Positions 1-8,482 are shown, numbered from the stretch's first letter. The stretch: DNA of 32,000 nt from Desulfocapsa sulfexigens DSM 10523 (GCF_000341395.1 NC_020304.1:60001-92000), one strand, 5' to 3'. Numbers and translations: made by a program. The notes: generated by a model from the sequence alone, not told the origin.

Positions 1-766
1 TTGCTTCAGCCTCGGCACTGTTACTGGTAACTAGAAAAAGGGTTTTGATAAAAGCAAACCTCTGCGGATCGATACTCTCAAGCACATGAGAGTCGGGCAC
101 TGCTACAGCAGGGTATCCTAATTGCTTTAAGGCGAGAAGTGTCTCTTCCCCTTCACAGAGAAAAAGGCTGCCATTTTCACAACGATTTATGTCCTCCACA
201 TTAAAAATCTGATACTCCTCACTAAAGAACTGTTCATTACCATGCCAGAAATAATCATCCTGACGGTCAGGAAAGACACAACGGGCAGCGTAGCAGTTTC
301 CATCCTCCTGGAAATAGGGAAAAACAATATAGCGTCCATTGAAGCCAACATGCAATTGAGACAGAGCATCCTGCCCTATCCCTTTCTCACTAAAGCGATC
401 CAGCAGTGGTTCTGTGAAATTCCCCTCATAGGATTGTATCTCAAGATTTCTATTTGCGGAGGGATAGTCAGCGGTGCTTAGAATTGGTTCCCGGTCAGGG
501 TCATAACCAGGAACCTTAGCAAGATCGATACCTGACAGCTTAGCAAACCAGAGAGGAAAGCCACCGGGGACACAGTTGTTCAGACAACGAAAATAACCAT
601 GAAAGAAACCGCTCTTTTTGAGGAAAACAACTAATCGATCATGGGGGTCAAATCCCCTTTCGTGACAAAAGGGACAATCGGCGGTCAGATGTTTTTTTTC
701 GCCCCTGGCATTTACAAGATTACGCTGGTAGAATTCCGCAACACTATCATTCAGCTCAGTTACCAT
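1..766 (-). CDS. Zn-ribbon + Toprim domain protein (DnaG/T7-gp4-like primase architecture), 3' end cut off by the window edge
   Basis: This ORF is absent from the ORF track because it has no stop inside the window. I translated the minus strand from ATG 766-764 and checked every codon down to position 2; the frame stays open for 255 codons. Product begins MVTELNDSVAEFYQRNLVNARGEKKHLTADCPFCHERGF...FRCLNNC, a Cys4 zinc ribbon (CPFC-x26-CLNNC). It continues ...RYIVFPYFQEDGNCYAARCV...GSLFLCEGEETLLALKQLGYPAVAVPD, a Toprim-type acidic EGxx(D/E) motif. The ATG overlaps the stop of the upstream gene (ATGGTAACTGA). Confidence 0.7.
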   Translation of the reverse strand, partial: MVTELNDSVAEFYQRNLVNARGEKKHLTADCPFCHERGFDPHDRLVVFLKKSGFFHGYFRCLNNCVPGGFPLWFAKLSGIDLAKVPGYDPDREPILSTADYPSANRNLEIQSYEGNFTEPLLDRFSEKGIGQDALSQLHVGFNGRYIVFPYFQEDGNCYAARCVFPDRQDDYFWHGNEQFFSEEYQIFNVEDINRCENGSLFLCEGEETLLALKQLGYPAVAVPDSHVLESIDPQRFAFIKTLFLVTSNSAEAEA

Positions 767-3700
767 TAATAAGATCCGTCATTTTCTTAGCTTCAAGTTC
801 AGTGTCAAAACTGATGTGAACAGAACGGCCAGGCTCAGCAGAGTACAGGTTACGCACGGCAACAACGGTTCCGGAAAGACTCACCTGTTTTTCGTGTCCT
901 TCACTATCACTAAAAAAAATCTTCACTTGACGCCCAAGAAGCGTTCGTGCCTGTTTCCGCTGGGTTATCCTCGACAGAAATGACAATCCTCCTGTGGAGA
1001 TATCACTCCCTTCTCCGCGGATAGTCGTATCTGTAAGTTCTCCACTGTCATCGAGCAGGATGATGTGGATTGAATCCGCCAGTGGAATTCTCTCTTCTTG
1101 ACGCCGTTCAGCACCCGTGCTAAGAAAAAAATCATTCACCTTATCAAATCTAAGACAGTAGTCCTGGATTTTCGCTTCAATGGCTGGATGCTCTTCCCGC
1201 CACTCATCTACAGACTTCATGGAAAGAGTGGACAACTCTACGCTCCCCATACTTGCCGCATTCAGAGTCCATACTGAATCATCAAAAAAGGAGGCCCCAC
1301 CAAAGACATTTCCAGGACCAACCGTCTTCACCAGCGTTTCATTCTCTTTTTCGTTAAAATAGAGTTTCACCCGTCCCTTATTCACAAAGAAAAGACGCCA
1401 CTGGGGATCCCCCTGTTTAACAATAATGGTCTCTGTAGGGTAGGTTTCATGTTCCAGAGAATGATACAAAACATTAAATTCCTCCGTCGTCAGCAGGTCA
1501 TACAAATCCGACCAGATAAGGATATGCCCCTGATCAATTGAATTACTTTTGGCATCTTCTATAATTTCTGCGGCCCTGATAATCTCAGCCAACGCCATAG
1601 CATCTATATCAATCAGACGGAGACGTAATGCTTCTGCCTCATTAAATTTTCTCAATTGGGCCGTTTTTTCAATCAGTGCACTAAGTATTTTTTTCGCAGA
1701 TTCCGCCTTGTCCTTACCCAGTAAGGCGTACACTTCACGTTCTTCCGGGTAATCTGTAATTGGCTCGTATTCTTTCTCAACAGGAGGCGGTACGCTCTTT
1801 ACCACAGATTCCACTGCGGCAGTTCTAGCCTCCTGGTGCTTCTCTACCCTGGCATCCAGGCCACTCCTTTGTGAGTTCTCCTTCTCCTCAATAAGGGCAA
1901 CTGCCAGTTTTGCAGCACGAACACTCTCCTGACCAAACTGGTTGCGACCACCATCAATGATACTCTGCAGCGGTACCAAGGCCATCGAGGAGTCAGTGGC
2001 CCCAAGTGTTTTACTGATTTCCAGGGCCAATGTTTTCTTATCTGCCCCTCCGTAAAAACTGCATTCGCTCAACAAACCTGCAAGAGGCTCGACAAGAGAT
2101 TCATCGGCCAGAGGCCTTAAGTTTCTCACCACCTGAATTTTTGTCTGCACCGCAGATCCAGAAAGAGCTGCCACAAGATATCTTGCAGTGGAAGACTTGC
2201 CAATCCGAAGAATACACTGCAGCACCTCCTGCTGAACCCGTAGATCATCATGGGAGGCATAACTCAAAATTTCTTCAACATCTTCTTCTGAACCAGTGAC
2301 AGCAAGTAAACGAATTATATTTCGTTTCCCATACCATGGCATGGGATCAGGAAGTCGTTCGAGTAGTACGGGAACAAGATCAGCTCCAAGTTCGCTGAGT
2401 ATCTTCAGGAGACGTATTCGGTCTGCCCGTTTATCGGAAGCAATCAGCGTATCAAGAAGAAAACGTGCAGCCACAGGTCCCTGCATGATTATCTTCCTGC
2501 AGATCATCTCATCAACTGGTCTCACAAAACAGCGCTCCAGATATCCCCGGAGAAGAAGCACATCTACATTTTTATCCTGAATGCGACCAACCAGCTTACG
2601 TATCTCATCATTTTTTTCAAATGCACCCGAGCGAATATAATAAAAGACATCCAGGATATCCTCGGCCAGACTGTTGTTATCTGAATACCAGGCATGATTC
2701 ATCATGGCCTGCATGGCAAGCACATTCTTTTCCAGACTCCTGTCAGCCACTTCATTTTCCCGTATCCATGCAAGACAAACAGGGGTCAATTTTTCCAACC
2801 AGTCCCAGCGATTCAGACAGGACAGTTTATGGGCCACAGCACCAAGAGCCAGAGCTAACTGTGGACGCAACTCGTGGTCCTTTTTGGCCAGCCCCTTTAC
2901 CACGTTCTGAATAATAGCTGCGGCCACACTTTCCTTATCGTTGGCCAACAGCTTTTCAATGGTTGCAGGAAGGTTTTGACACACCTCACTGTTTTTCAGG
3001 CTTGCCAAGTTCCCCTTTGCAAGAGCTGTAATACCGGATTGGAGCCGTGCCCCCTTTCGTCCACGTTCGGTCTGCTGCAGGATAACTTTGGTTGTTCCCA
3101 GGGCAATAACCTGTTTTCCACGCGACGTTGCCGCCAATTTCTCATACGCCTTTGAAATGACCTGTAACTGGGCCATGAACTTATCACTCTTCTTCCCATC
3201 ATCCTGCTTCTGTTGCCCCTGTATCCACTCAATTACCTTTGTCAGAGTCTCGGTGTCTGTTATCCTGAGCAATGATTTGTAAAAAACTTCCCCAAAGGGG
3301 GACGAAAAGTCCTGACAGAGCAGCATAAGAATCACACGTTGATCAAGGTGAGGAGCAAGCAGGGTGGCGGCAGCATCACTCACCTTATTATACTGGTCCT
3401 TCGATAGAAGTGAGCTTATAGTGGCAAGCATTTTAGAGAATGCTGGTGCCACGACAACAATGTGATCTTTATGGAGGATTTGCACCAGGGAATACGTAGT
3501 GGAGGCTACAATATGAGCACCACTCTCAACAACGTGAAAAATCTCCTCCAGTGTACGTCGAAGGGCACTCTCTTTTTTGCGACCAACAAGGTACAAGATA
3601 TGCTCCGATCGAACCATACCACCGGACAACTCCTTCAAAATCTGATCAACTTTCCGTTTCTTTCTCTTCTCCTCTTCACTTTCACCGGGCGCCCAATATG

Positions 3701-4127
3701 CTTCCGGGAAGATTGCTGCAAGCTTAAGAGAATCAATAAAAGCCCTGCTGCCGCCAACTCTGTTTATCTGTTCCGGAGTGGCGCTGAAGACAGAAAGAAT
3801 CTTTTTAAAAGTAGGTCTGTCGAAACCTTTGGAGAGTACCATTTCATCCAGTTCCATCTTCTGCAACTGGCTACTGAATGTCAGTAACTGGAGGCGCTCC
3901 CGTGTCGGATTATCAACGGGCTCTCCATTGAGCAGATATCTGCCATTGAGGAAGGAAAATCGTAACAACTGGTTCTTGCGGAGATAGTGTTTTGTTCCCT
4001 GGTAGGCTTTCTCAATGGAATTTCGCACCTGAGAAGACTCTTCCGGGTAAAGACGGAGTGCGGTGGACGCTGCATTAATCAATTTTAATGTTTCAAGACT
4101 TTCCTGTTGCCTGTCGCCCTGCGCCAT
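756..4127 (-). CDS. Large multidomain signalling protein: N-terminal HEAT/ARM-like repeats + cyclic-nucleotide-binding-like domain + C-terminal PilZ (c-di-GMP receptor) domain
   Basis: The track ORF 756..4139 starts at a TTG; the first ATG is at 4127 (MAQGDRQQ...). HEAT-like repeats include VPVLLERLPDPMPWYGKRNIIRLLAVTGSEEDVEEILSYASHDDLRVQQEVLQCILRIG. The cNMP-binding-like beta-roll reads IIVKQGDPQWRLFFVNKGRVKLYF...GPGNVFGGASFF. Both PilZ signature motifs are present: RRQEER (RxxxR) and DISTGG (D/NxSxxG). The exact start is uncertain (4127 vs 4139) and no clear SD is visible. Confidence 0.85.
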   Translation of the reverse strand: MAQGDRQQESLETLKLINAASTALRLYPEESSQVRNSIEKAYQGTKHYLRKNQLLRFSFLNGRYLLNGEPVDNPTRERLQLLTFSSQLQKMELDEMVLSKGFDRPTFKKILSVFSATPEQINRVGGSRAFIDSLKLAAIFPEAYWAPGESEEEKRKKRKVDQILKELSGGMVRSEHILYLVGRKKESALRRTLEEIFHVVESGAHIVASTTYSLVQILHKDHIVVVAPAFSKMLATISSLLSKDQYNKVSDAAATLLAPHLDQRVILMLLCQDFSSPFGEVFYKSLLRITDTETLTKVIEWIQGQQKQDDGKKSDKFMAQLQVISKAYEKLAATSRGKQVIALGTTKVILQQTERGRKGARLQSGITALAKGNLASLKNSEVCQNLPATIEKLLANDKESVAAAIIQNVVKGLAKKDHELRPQLALALGAVAHKLSCLNRWDWLEKLTPVCLAWIRENEVADRSLEKNVLAMQAMMNHAWYSDNNSLAEDILDVFYYIRSGAFEKNDEIRKLVGRIQDKNVDVLLLRGYLERCFVRPVDEMICRKIIMQGPVAARFLLDTLIASDKRADRIRLLKILSELGADLVPVLLERLPDPMPWYGKRNIIRLLAVTGSEEDVEEILSYASHDDLRVQQEVLQCILRIGKSSTARYLVAALSGSAVQTKIQVVRNLRPLADESLVEPLAGLLSECSFYGGADKKTLALEISKTLGATDSSMALVPLQSIIDGGRNQFGQESVRAAKLAVALIEEKENSQRSGLDARVEKHQEARTAAVESVVKSVPPPVEKEYEPITDYPEEREVYALLGKDKAESAKKILSALIEKTAQLRKFNEAEALRLRLIDIDAMALAEIIRAAEIIEDAKSNSIDQGHILIWSDLYDLLTTEEFNVLYHSLEHETYPTETIIVKQGDPQWRLFFVNKGRVKLYFNEKENETLVKTVGPGNVFGGASFFDDSVWTLNAASMGSVELSTLSMKSVDEWREEHPAIEAKIQDYCLRFDKVNDFFLSTGAERRQEERIPLADSIHIILLDDSGELTDTTIRGEGSDISTGGLSFLSRITQRKQARTLLGRQVKIFFSDSEGHEKQVSLSGTVVAVRNLYSAEPGRSVHISFDTELEAKKMTDLINGN

Positions 4128-4393
4128 ATAAAACACCAAGATTGAAGAGATAATTTACAACTATCCAGCCGAAAATGCGTTTTACAAAATCCCCCAACTT
4201 GCCTGGCTCTGAATGACAACGCTGAACATATCGTTCACGCAAACAAACAAAATAAACACAGAAATAAACAGTTAGGACATGAGAATTATTTTCTAGCTAC
4301 TCCTTACTACGACTTTTCCTACAACCATTGAGCTGCAACGCATTCCCTATCCTATTTAGCTACACGCTATCGGGGCAAAAGTCAAGAAAGACA

Positions 4394-4418
4394 CCTGTTA
4401 TTCTGCTGGCTTAACAGG
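4394..4418 (-). terminator. Possible intrinsic terminator downstream of maf
   Basis: Perfect 7-bp stem cctgtta (4394-4400) / taacagg (4412-4418) with an 11-nt loop, 24 nt after the maf stop. On the minus strand it is followed by the T-rich stretch tgtctttcttgactttt. The stem is short, so this is a moderate call only. Confidence 0.4.
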
Positions 4419-4441
4419 ATAAAATGGTACAATTTCTCACT

Positions 4442-5038
4442 TTAATTCCCAAGTAGCTTGTATCGACACAACATCCCAAGGAATTCATAAAGGGGCAAGC
4501 CGACAACGTTTGAATAGGAGCCATGAATTTCCCGAACCATAAATGCTCCCTTTCCTTGAATACCATAACTTCCCGCCTTATCCATCGGTTCCCCCGTACG
4601 AACATACGCCCGAATCATCTCTTCGGTCACCTCCCAAAAAGATACACCTGTACTCACCAGACTTGTATCACAAACACTCTTAGCTTGATTCTGCAGGCAA
4701 ACAGCCGTACGCACAATATGCTCCCGACCGGAAAGACGCAACAGCATATCTACTGCATCGTCCTCATTGACAGGCTTTTCGAGCACCATATCATCGAGAC
4801 AGACAACGGTATCGGCGGCAACAATCCAAAAGCCAGGATATCTTTCAGCCACATACCCGGCCTTCTCTCTAGCCAGGCGTTCAATATAGCTCACAGACGT
4901 TTCTGCAGGATACTTACGTTCTTCAATATCCGCCGATACGGCACGCGAGAAAACTCCCAATTCCTCCAGATATGCACGTCTTCTTGGGGACCCGGAGGCC
5001 AGGATAATTTCTTCAGCACAAGTAAAAAGTCGAGACAT
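4442..5038 (-). CDS. maf: Maf-like nucleoside triphosphate pyrophosphatase (septum formation protein Maf family)
   Basis: Family-typical N-terminus ...IILASGSPRRRAYLEELGV, and C-terminal ...DKAGSYGIQGKGAFMVREIHGSYSNVVGLPL. The track ORF extends to a GTG at 5191, but those extra 51 residues (MREYLLDKNTKK...WTLV) look non-homologous. The internal ATG at 5038 (MSRLFTCAEEIILASGSPRR) gives about 198 aa, the normal Maf length. Confidence 0.85.
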   Translation of the reverse strand: MSRLFTCAEEIILASGSPRRRAYLEELGVFSRAVSADIEERKYPAETSVSYIERLAREKAGYVAERYPGFWIVAADTVVCLDDMVLEKPVNEDDAVDMLLRLSGREHIVRTAVCLQNQAKSVCDTSLVSTGVSFWEVTEEMIRAYVRTGEPMDKAGSYGIQGKGAFMVREIHGSYSNVVGLPLYEFLGMLCRYKLLGN

Positions 5039-5232
5039 AACAAGTGTCCAGAGGATTGCATTCCAATAAATATTCAGCGAAAAAGTGAAGGATTTCAGTT
5101 CCCACACGCCATGACAAAAAAGATTTGTTTGAAAAATATCTTTCCATCGTACACTCTTTTTAGTATTCTTGTCTAAGAGATATTCCCTCACGATCGAAAC
5201 CGTTTTTTCATTTCAGCCACATCACAAACACT

Positions 5233-5682
5233 ATGCCTGACAACAGCAAGTTCATAACTAGAGACTTTGCAGCTGGGGAAACACTTTTTGCGCAGGATGA
5301 TGTTGGTGATTGTATTTTCTTCATCATCAATGGCCTGGTGGAAGTGTGTAAAAATACCGACGGAGAAAAGGAAGTCGTTGCCCTCATGTCAAGTGGTGAC
5401 ATCCTCGGTGAAATGGCGGTACTGACAGATGCTCCTCGCTGTGCAAGCGGAATTGCTATAGAACCTACCCGGGTTATCATGGTTAAGGATCGCACCCTGC
5501 GTCTTGCACTGCTCAACAATGATCTGCCTATTCTGAAACCTCTTACCAGTCAGCTCATCCTTCGCTTCAAAGAAGCGGAACAGCAGGCAACGTATTATCG
5601 TAAGAAATTCAAGAAACTCCAAAAAGAAGTATCTATCCTCAAAGAACAGCTCCTCCAACACGAGATACCTGAAGATAATTAA
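5233..5682 (+). CDS. Small cyclic-nucleotide-binding domain protein with C-terminal coiled coil
   Basis: 149 aa. CAP/Crp-type cNMP-binding beta-roll: FAAGETLFAQDDVGDCIFFIINGLVEVCKNTDGEKEVVALMSSGDILGEMAVLTDAPRCASGIAIEPTRVIMV. The tail is heptad-like and charged (KEAEQQATYYRKKFKKLQKEVSILKEQLLQHE). There is no DNA-binding HTH. No obvious SD precedes the ATG. Confidence 0.75.
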   Translation: MPDNSKFITRDFAAGETLFAQDDVGDCIFFIINGLVEVCKNTDGEKEVVALMSSGDILGEMAVLTDAPRCASGIAIEPTRVIMVKDRTLRLALLNNDLPILKPLTSQLILRFKEAEQQATYYRKKFKKLQKEVSILKEQLLQHEIPEDN

Positions 5683-5776
5683 GGAGTTACTGTTCATTCT
5701 AAGAATTTCAAAAGTAGTTATTTTGACGATACCCTCCTCCTTCTCCTGAAACTCCTCTGAGTCCCCTTGAGTATCT

Positions 5777-6394
5777 ATGAAAATTCTTTCGGTATCTGAC
5801 AAGGTTGAAAAGCAACTGCTTACCAGAGGGAACACCCTCCTTCCTGCTCATCCTGATATCATCCTGGCCTGTGGAGATCTTCCACCCGAATACCTAACCG
5901 AGTTGAGAGAATTCTACAGTGTTCCCCTCTATTATATTGAAGGGAATCATGACATTCGCTACGATGATTCCCCACCACTCGGCTGTACAAATATCCATGC
6001 ACAAATTATTACTGAACAGGGAATACGGATAATGGGCCTCAGTGGTTCCCGCTGGTACAATGGCGGCAAAAACCAGTACACTGAACCGGAAATGAAAAAA
6101 ACAATTCGCAGCCTCTGGTTTCAACTATTACAAGTGAACAGGATGGACATCATCATCACACATGCACCACCACGATTCATCAACGATAAGGAAGACCCCT
6201 GCCATAAAGGTTTCAGGAGTTTCAGCTCTCTGATCAAAAAACATAAGCCGGTCTGGTTTGTCCACGGCCACATACATTCATTTTTCAAAACTCCTGCCGA
6301 CCGCCTCACCCAGGTCTGCGAAACAAAGGTACTCAACTGCTATGGATTTTTTTTCTTTGAAACAGAACTGGTGGAAGAACAGGCAAAAAGCTAG
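5777..6394 (+). CDS. Calcineurin-like metallophosphoesterase
   Basis: 205 aa with the ordered metallophosphoesterase motifs: MKILSVSD, ACGDL, IEGNHD, IITHAPP, VHGHIH. Its 3' end overlaps the next ORF. Confidence 0.8.
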   Translation: MKILSVSDKVEKQLLTRGNTLLPAHPDIILACGDLPPEYLTELREFYSVPLYYIEGNHDIRYDDSPPLGCTNIHAQIITEQGIRIMGLSGSRWYNGGKNQYTEPEMKKTIRSLWFQLLQVNRMDIIITHAPPRFINDKEDPCHKGFRSFSSLIKKHKPVWFVHGHIHSFFKTPADRLTQVCETKVLNCYGFFFFETELVEEQAKS

Positions 6395-7451
6395 TCGTAC
6401 CCCTGAAGACAGTATTTTTCCTACCCGGGAAACAGACTTCGATCAGGTTCGGAAGAATGAAAAAGCGTACGAAACTGTTAAACGGGGTACAGCCACTGTC
6501 CCGCTCGACAAAATTAAGGGATCGGTGGGCCGGTATAGCGATTTTGACAAGCAATTCCGTCTTAAAGGGGCCGGCTCCGAAGAACGATTAACATCCCTAA
6601 TCCAGGCCATGCAGGAAGGACGACCCATCCCGCCCGTTTCACTCTATCAGATCAAGGACAATTTCTACATAGTTGATGGACATCACCGGGTTACAGCCGC
6701 ACGAAAGCTGGGCCAAAGCCACATCCAATCTAAAATACTGGAACTGCTCCCTTCCAATGAGAGCGTTGAAAACAGATTATATCTGGAGAAAATCGAATTT
6801 AGAGACAGGGTGGGTATTCCAAAAGTTATTGATTTTACTGAACCGGGTCAGAGTGAATATCTGCTCGAGCAGGTAACCATGCATCAAAGTTTCCTTGCTG
6901 AGGAAAACCGCGAGGCAGTGAGCCTTGAAGAGGCCGGAGCAGACTGGTACCGCTCAATCTATCTGCCACTTCGGACTCTCATTAAGAACAGCGGCCTGCT
7001 TCGCTCCTTTCCGGACAGAACAATGGATGATCTTTACCTCTATATCTCCACCCATCAATGGCAAAAACGATCGGAAAGAGAATATGGTATAGGGGTGGAC
7101 GAACTCATTCCACGTGACATGGAAGCTTTTCGCAGAAAAATGGCGAGAAGCAGACCGGGCGAATATCCGGAGATGAAAAGGGACATCACAATTTTCATCC
7201 TTGTTAACGTTGACGGGACCCAGGAACAACAACTCCTCGACAAACTCTTTGCTCTTCCGGAGGTTGTTGAACTGCACTCGGTTCACGGCTCAATTGATCT
7301 GGTCATCAAGGCCACCCTGAGTCGGGATATCCTTGCCTCCGATGCCGAGGTTATCTCTCAGTTCACCCATTCTTCCCTGCGTCGCATGAAAGGAGTGGTC
7401 TCCACCCAAACGCTTATACCCGGACTTTCATTGATCAAACCACAGTATTGA
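6342..7451 (+). CDS. ParB/sulfiredoxin-like N-terminal domain protein with central helical (DUF4032-like) region and C-terminal Lrp/AsnC-type (RAM) ligand-binding domain
   Basis: ParB/Srx motif: PVSLYQIKDNFYIVDGHHRVTAARKLG. The C-terminus ITIFILVNVDGTQEQQLLDKLFALPEVVELHSVHGSIDLVIKATL resembles an AsnC/Lrp effector domain. The track ORF begins at TTG 6258. The first ATG is at 6342 and still overlaps the preceding gene by 53 nt, so the start is uncertain. Confidence 0.7.
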   Translation: MDFFSLKQNWWKNRQKASRTPEDSIFPTRETDFDQVRKNEKAYETVKRGTATVPLDKIKGSVGRYSDFDKQFRLKGAGSEERLTSLIQAMQEGRPIPPVSLYQIKDNFYIVDGHHRVTAARKLGQSHIQSKILELLPSNESVENRLYLEKIEFRDRVGIPKVIDFTEPGQSEYLLEQVTMHQSFLAEENREAVSLEEAGADWYRSIYLPLRTLIKNSGLLRSFPDRTMDDLYLYISTHQWQKRSEREYGIGVDELIPRDMEAFRRKMARSRPGEYPEMKRDITIFILVNVDGTQEQQLLDKLFALPEVVELHSVHGSIDLVIKATLSRDILASDAEVISQFTHSSLRRMKGVVSTQTLIPGLSLIKPQY

Positions 7452-7497
7452 AAAACAGGTTCGCAACGCAAGGCAAGGGGAGGAGAGAAGAAAACTG

Positions 7498-8427
7498 CTA
7501 TGCTGAAAAAATCCTTTTCAGACATCCCCGTACATAACGAATATGGAGAAAACGTACAGGACTGAGTTCTTCAGGAACCCTGAAGCCTGAACCAGCAAAC
7601 ATATCTGGAGTACATTGCGGGAATTCAAGGTCTTCTATACGGGAACCTGCAATAGCCTCTGCCTCTGCAGCAACTGCAAGAGGGACACATTCCTTATTGA
7701 CCCCAAGCACTTCAATCATGGCCCGGTCAAGTGCCACCGCACTCTTCGATGCTCCAAGGCAGCCGAGACTGAGCGAATCTCCATGCACCGGACCTCGCCG
7801 TGTCATCACCTCAATGCCATCAGCAACAACAAGAGCAGGTGGAAGAATTTTCTGAAGATCAAGAATCATCTTGGCAAACATTTCATGAGACTCGCCATGA
7901 CGCATATGAAGCCATGCCTTTCGTGCACCGAGTACAATACCAAAAACATTTTTAACAGCCATGGTGACCCTCATTTGATCATGTGCCTTAACGCGAGGGA
8001 GATTGACAAAGTAATCACAACCAAGCGCCTCGCCTGCCACGCAAACCCTGATTCCACAATCAAGCATTTTGACCACCCGAGTACGAAAGTCAATGTGCTC
8101 CACCGTTCCTCCGAAAAATACAGAGGCAAATCCCTGCCGCTTCAAAACCTGGGCCGCTGACCCGAAAGCTGGTGAATCGCCAAGCAGAACCTTTGCCCCC
8201 CTGGAAGAAAAACAGGCAGCAACAGCTGCTGTGAAGAGTGGACTGGAACAGGCAAGTGCTGGAACTCCGGCACTGATCAGATTGGGTTTTAAAAGAACCT
8301 TTTTTGCAGAAAGGGTGGACGGAACTCCAAGAATATCGAGTTGCTCCTGTATGGCTGCCTGCAGAAACGGGGCCTCATAGGAAGAACAGCTGGTTAAGCA
8401 AACAGGTATCTTTATAAATGGATGCAT
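7498..8427 (-). CDS. DUF362 domain-containing protein
   Basis: 309 aa. DUF362-typical blocks: KKVLLKPNLISAG, VLLGDSPAFGS, VNLPRVKAHDQMRVTMAVKNVFG, LVVADGIEVMTRRGPVHGD. ATG start at 8427 with a weak SD. Confidence 0.8.
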   Translation of the reverse strand: MHPFIKIPVCLTSCSSYEAPFLQAAIQEQLDILGVPSTLSAKKVLLKPNLISAGVPALACSSPLFTAAVAACFSSRGAKVLLGDSPAFGSAAQVLKRQGFASVFFGGTVEHIDFRTRVVKMLDCGIRVCVAGEALGCDYFVNLPRVKAHDQMRVTMAVKNVFGIVLGARKAWLHMRHGESHEMFAKMILDLQKILPPALVVADGIEVMTRRGPVHGDSLSLGCLGASKSAVALDRAMIEVLGVNKECVPLAVAAEAEAIAGSRIEDLEFPQCTPDMFAGSGFRVPEELSPVRFLHIRYVRGCLKRIFSA

Positions 8428-8446
8428 TATTTAATCGTCAAATAAG

Positions 8447-8482
8447 AAAAAGCCGGATTCATTATAACAAATCCGGCTTTTT
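8447..8482. terminator. Perfect 13-bp palindromic hairpin with A-tract/T-tract arms (bidirectional intrinsic-terminator shape)
   Basis: aaaaagccggatt (8447-8459) is the exact reverse complement of aatccggcttttt (8470-8482), with a 10-nt loop (cattataaca). It lies only 20 nt upstream of the DUF362 start codon on the minus strand, so it could be a leader or attenuator terminator rather than the end of a gene. Confidence 0.55.

Noticed and set aside
4290-4375. tRNA-like fragments (minus strand GCGTTGCAGCTCAATGGTTGTAGG and CGATAGCGTGTAGCTAAATAGG resemble acceptor/D-arm starts)
   Set aside because: I could not fold a cloverleaf. The D-stem does not pair, there is no anticodon arm, and there is no GTTCGAATC-like T-arm downstream. 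This is most likely a chance resemblance within the promoter or leader region of the giant signalling gene.
5039-5191. N-terminal extension of maf (track ORF starts at GTG 5191)
   Set aside because: The extra 51 residues have no Maf-like sequence and would make the protein about 50 aa longer than the family norm. The internal ATG at 5038 lies just before the conserved ILASGSPRR motif.
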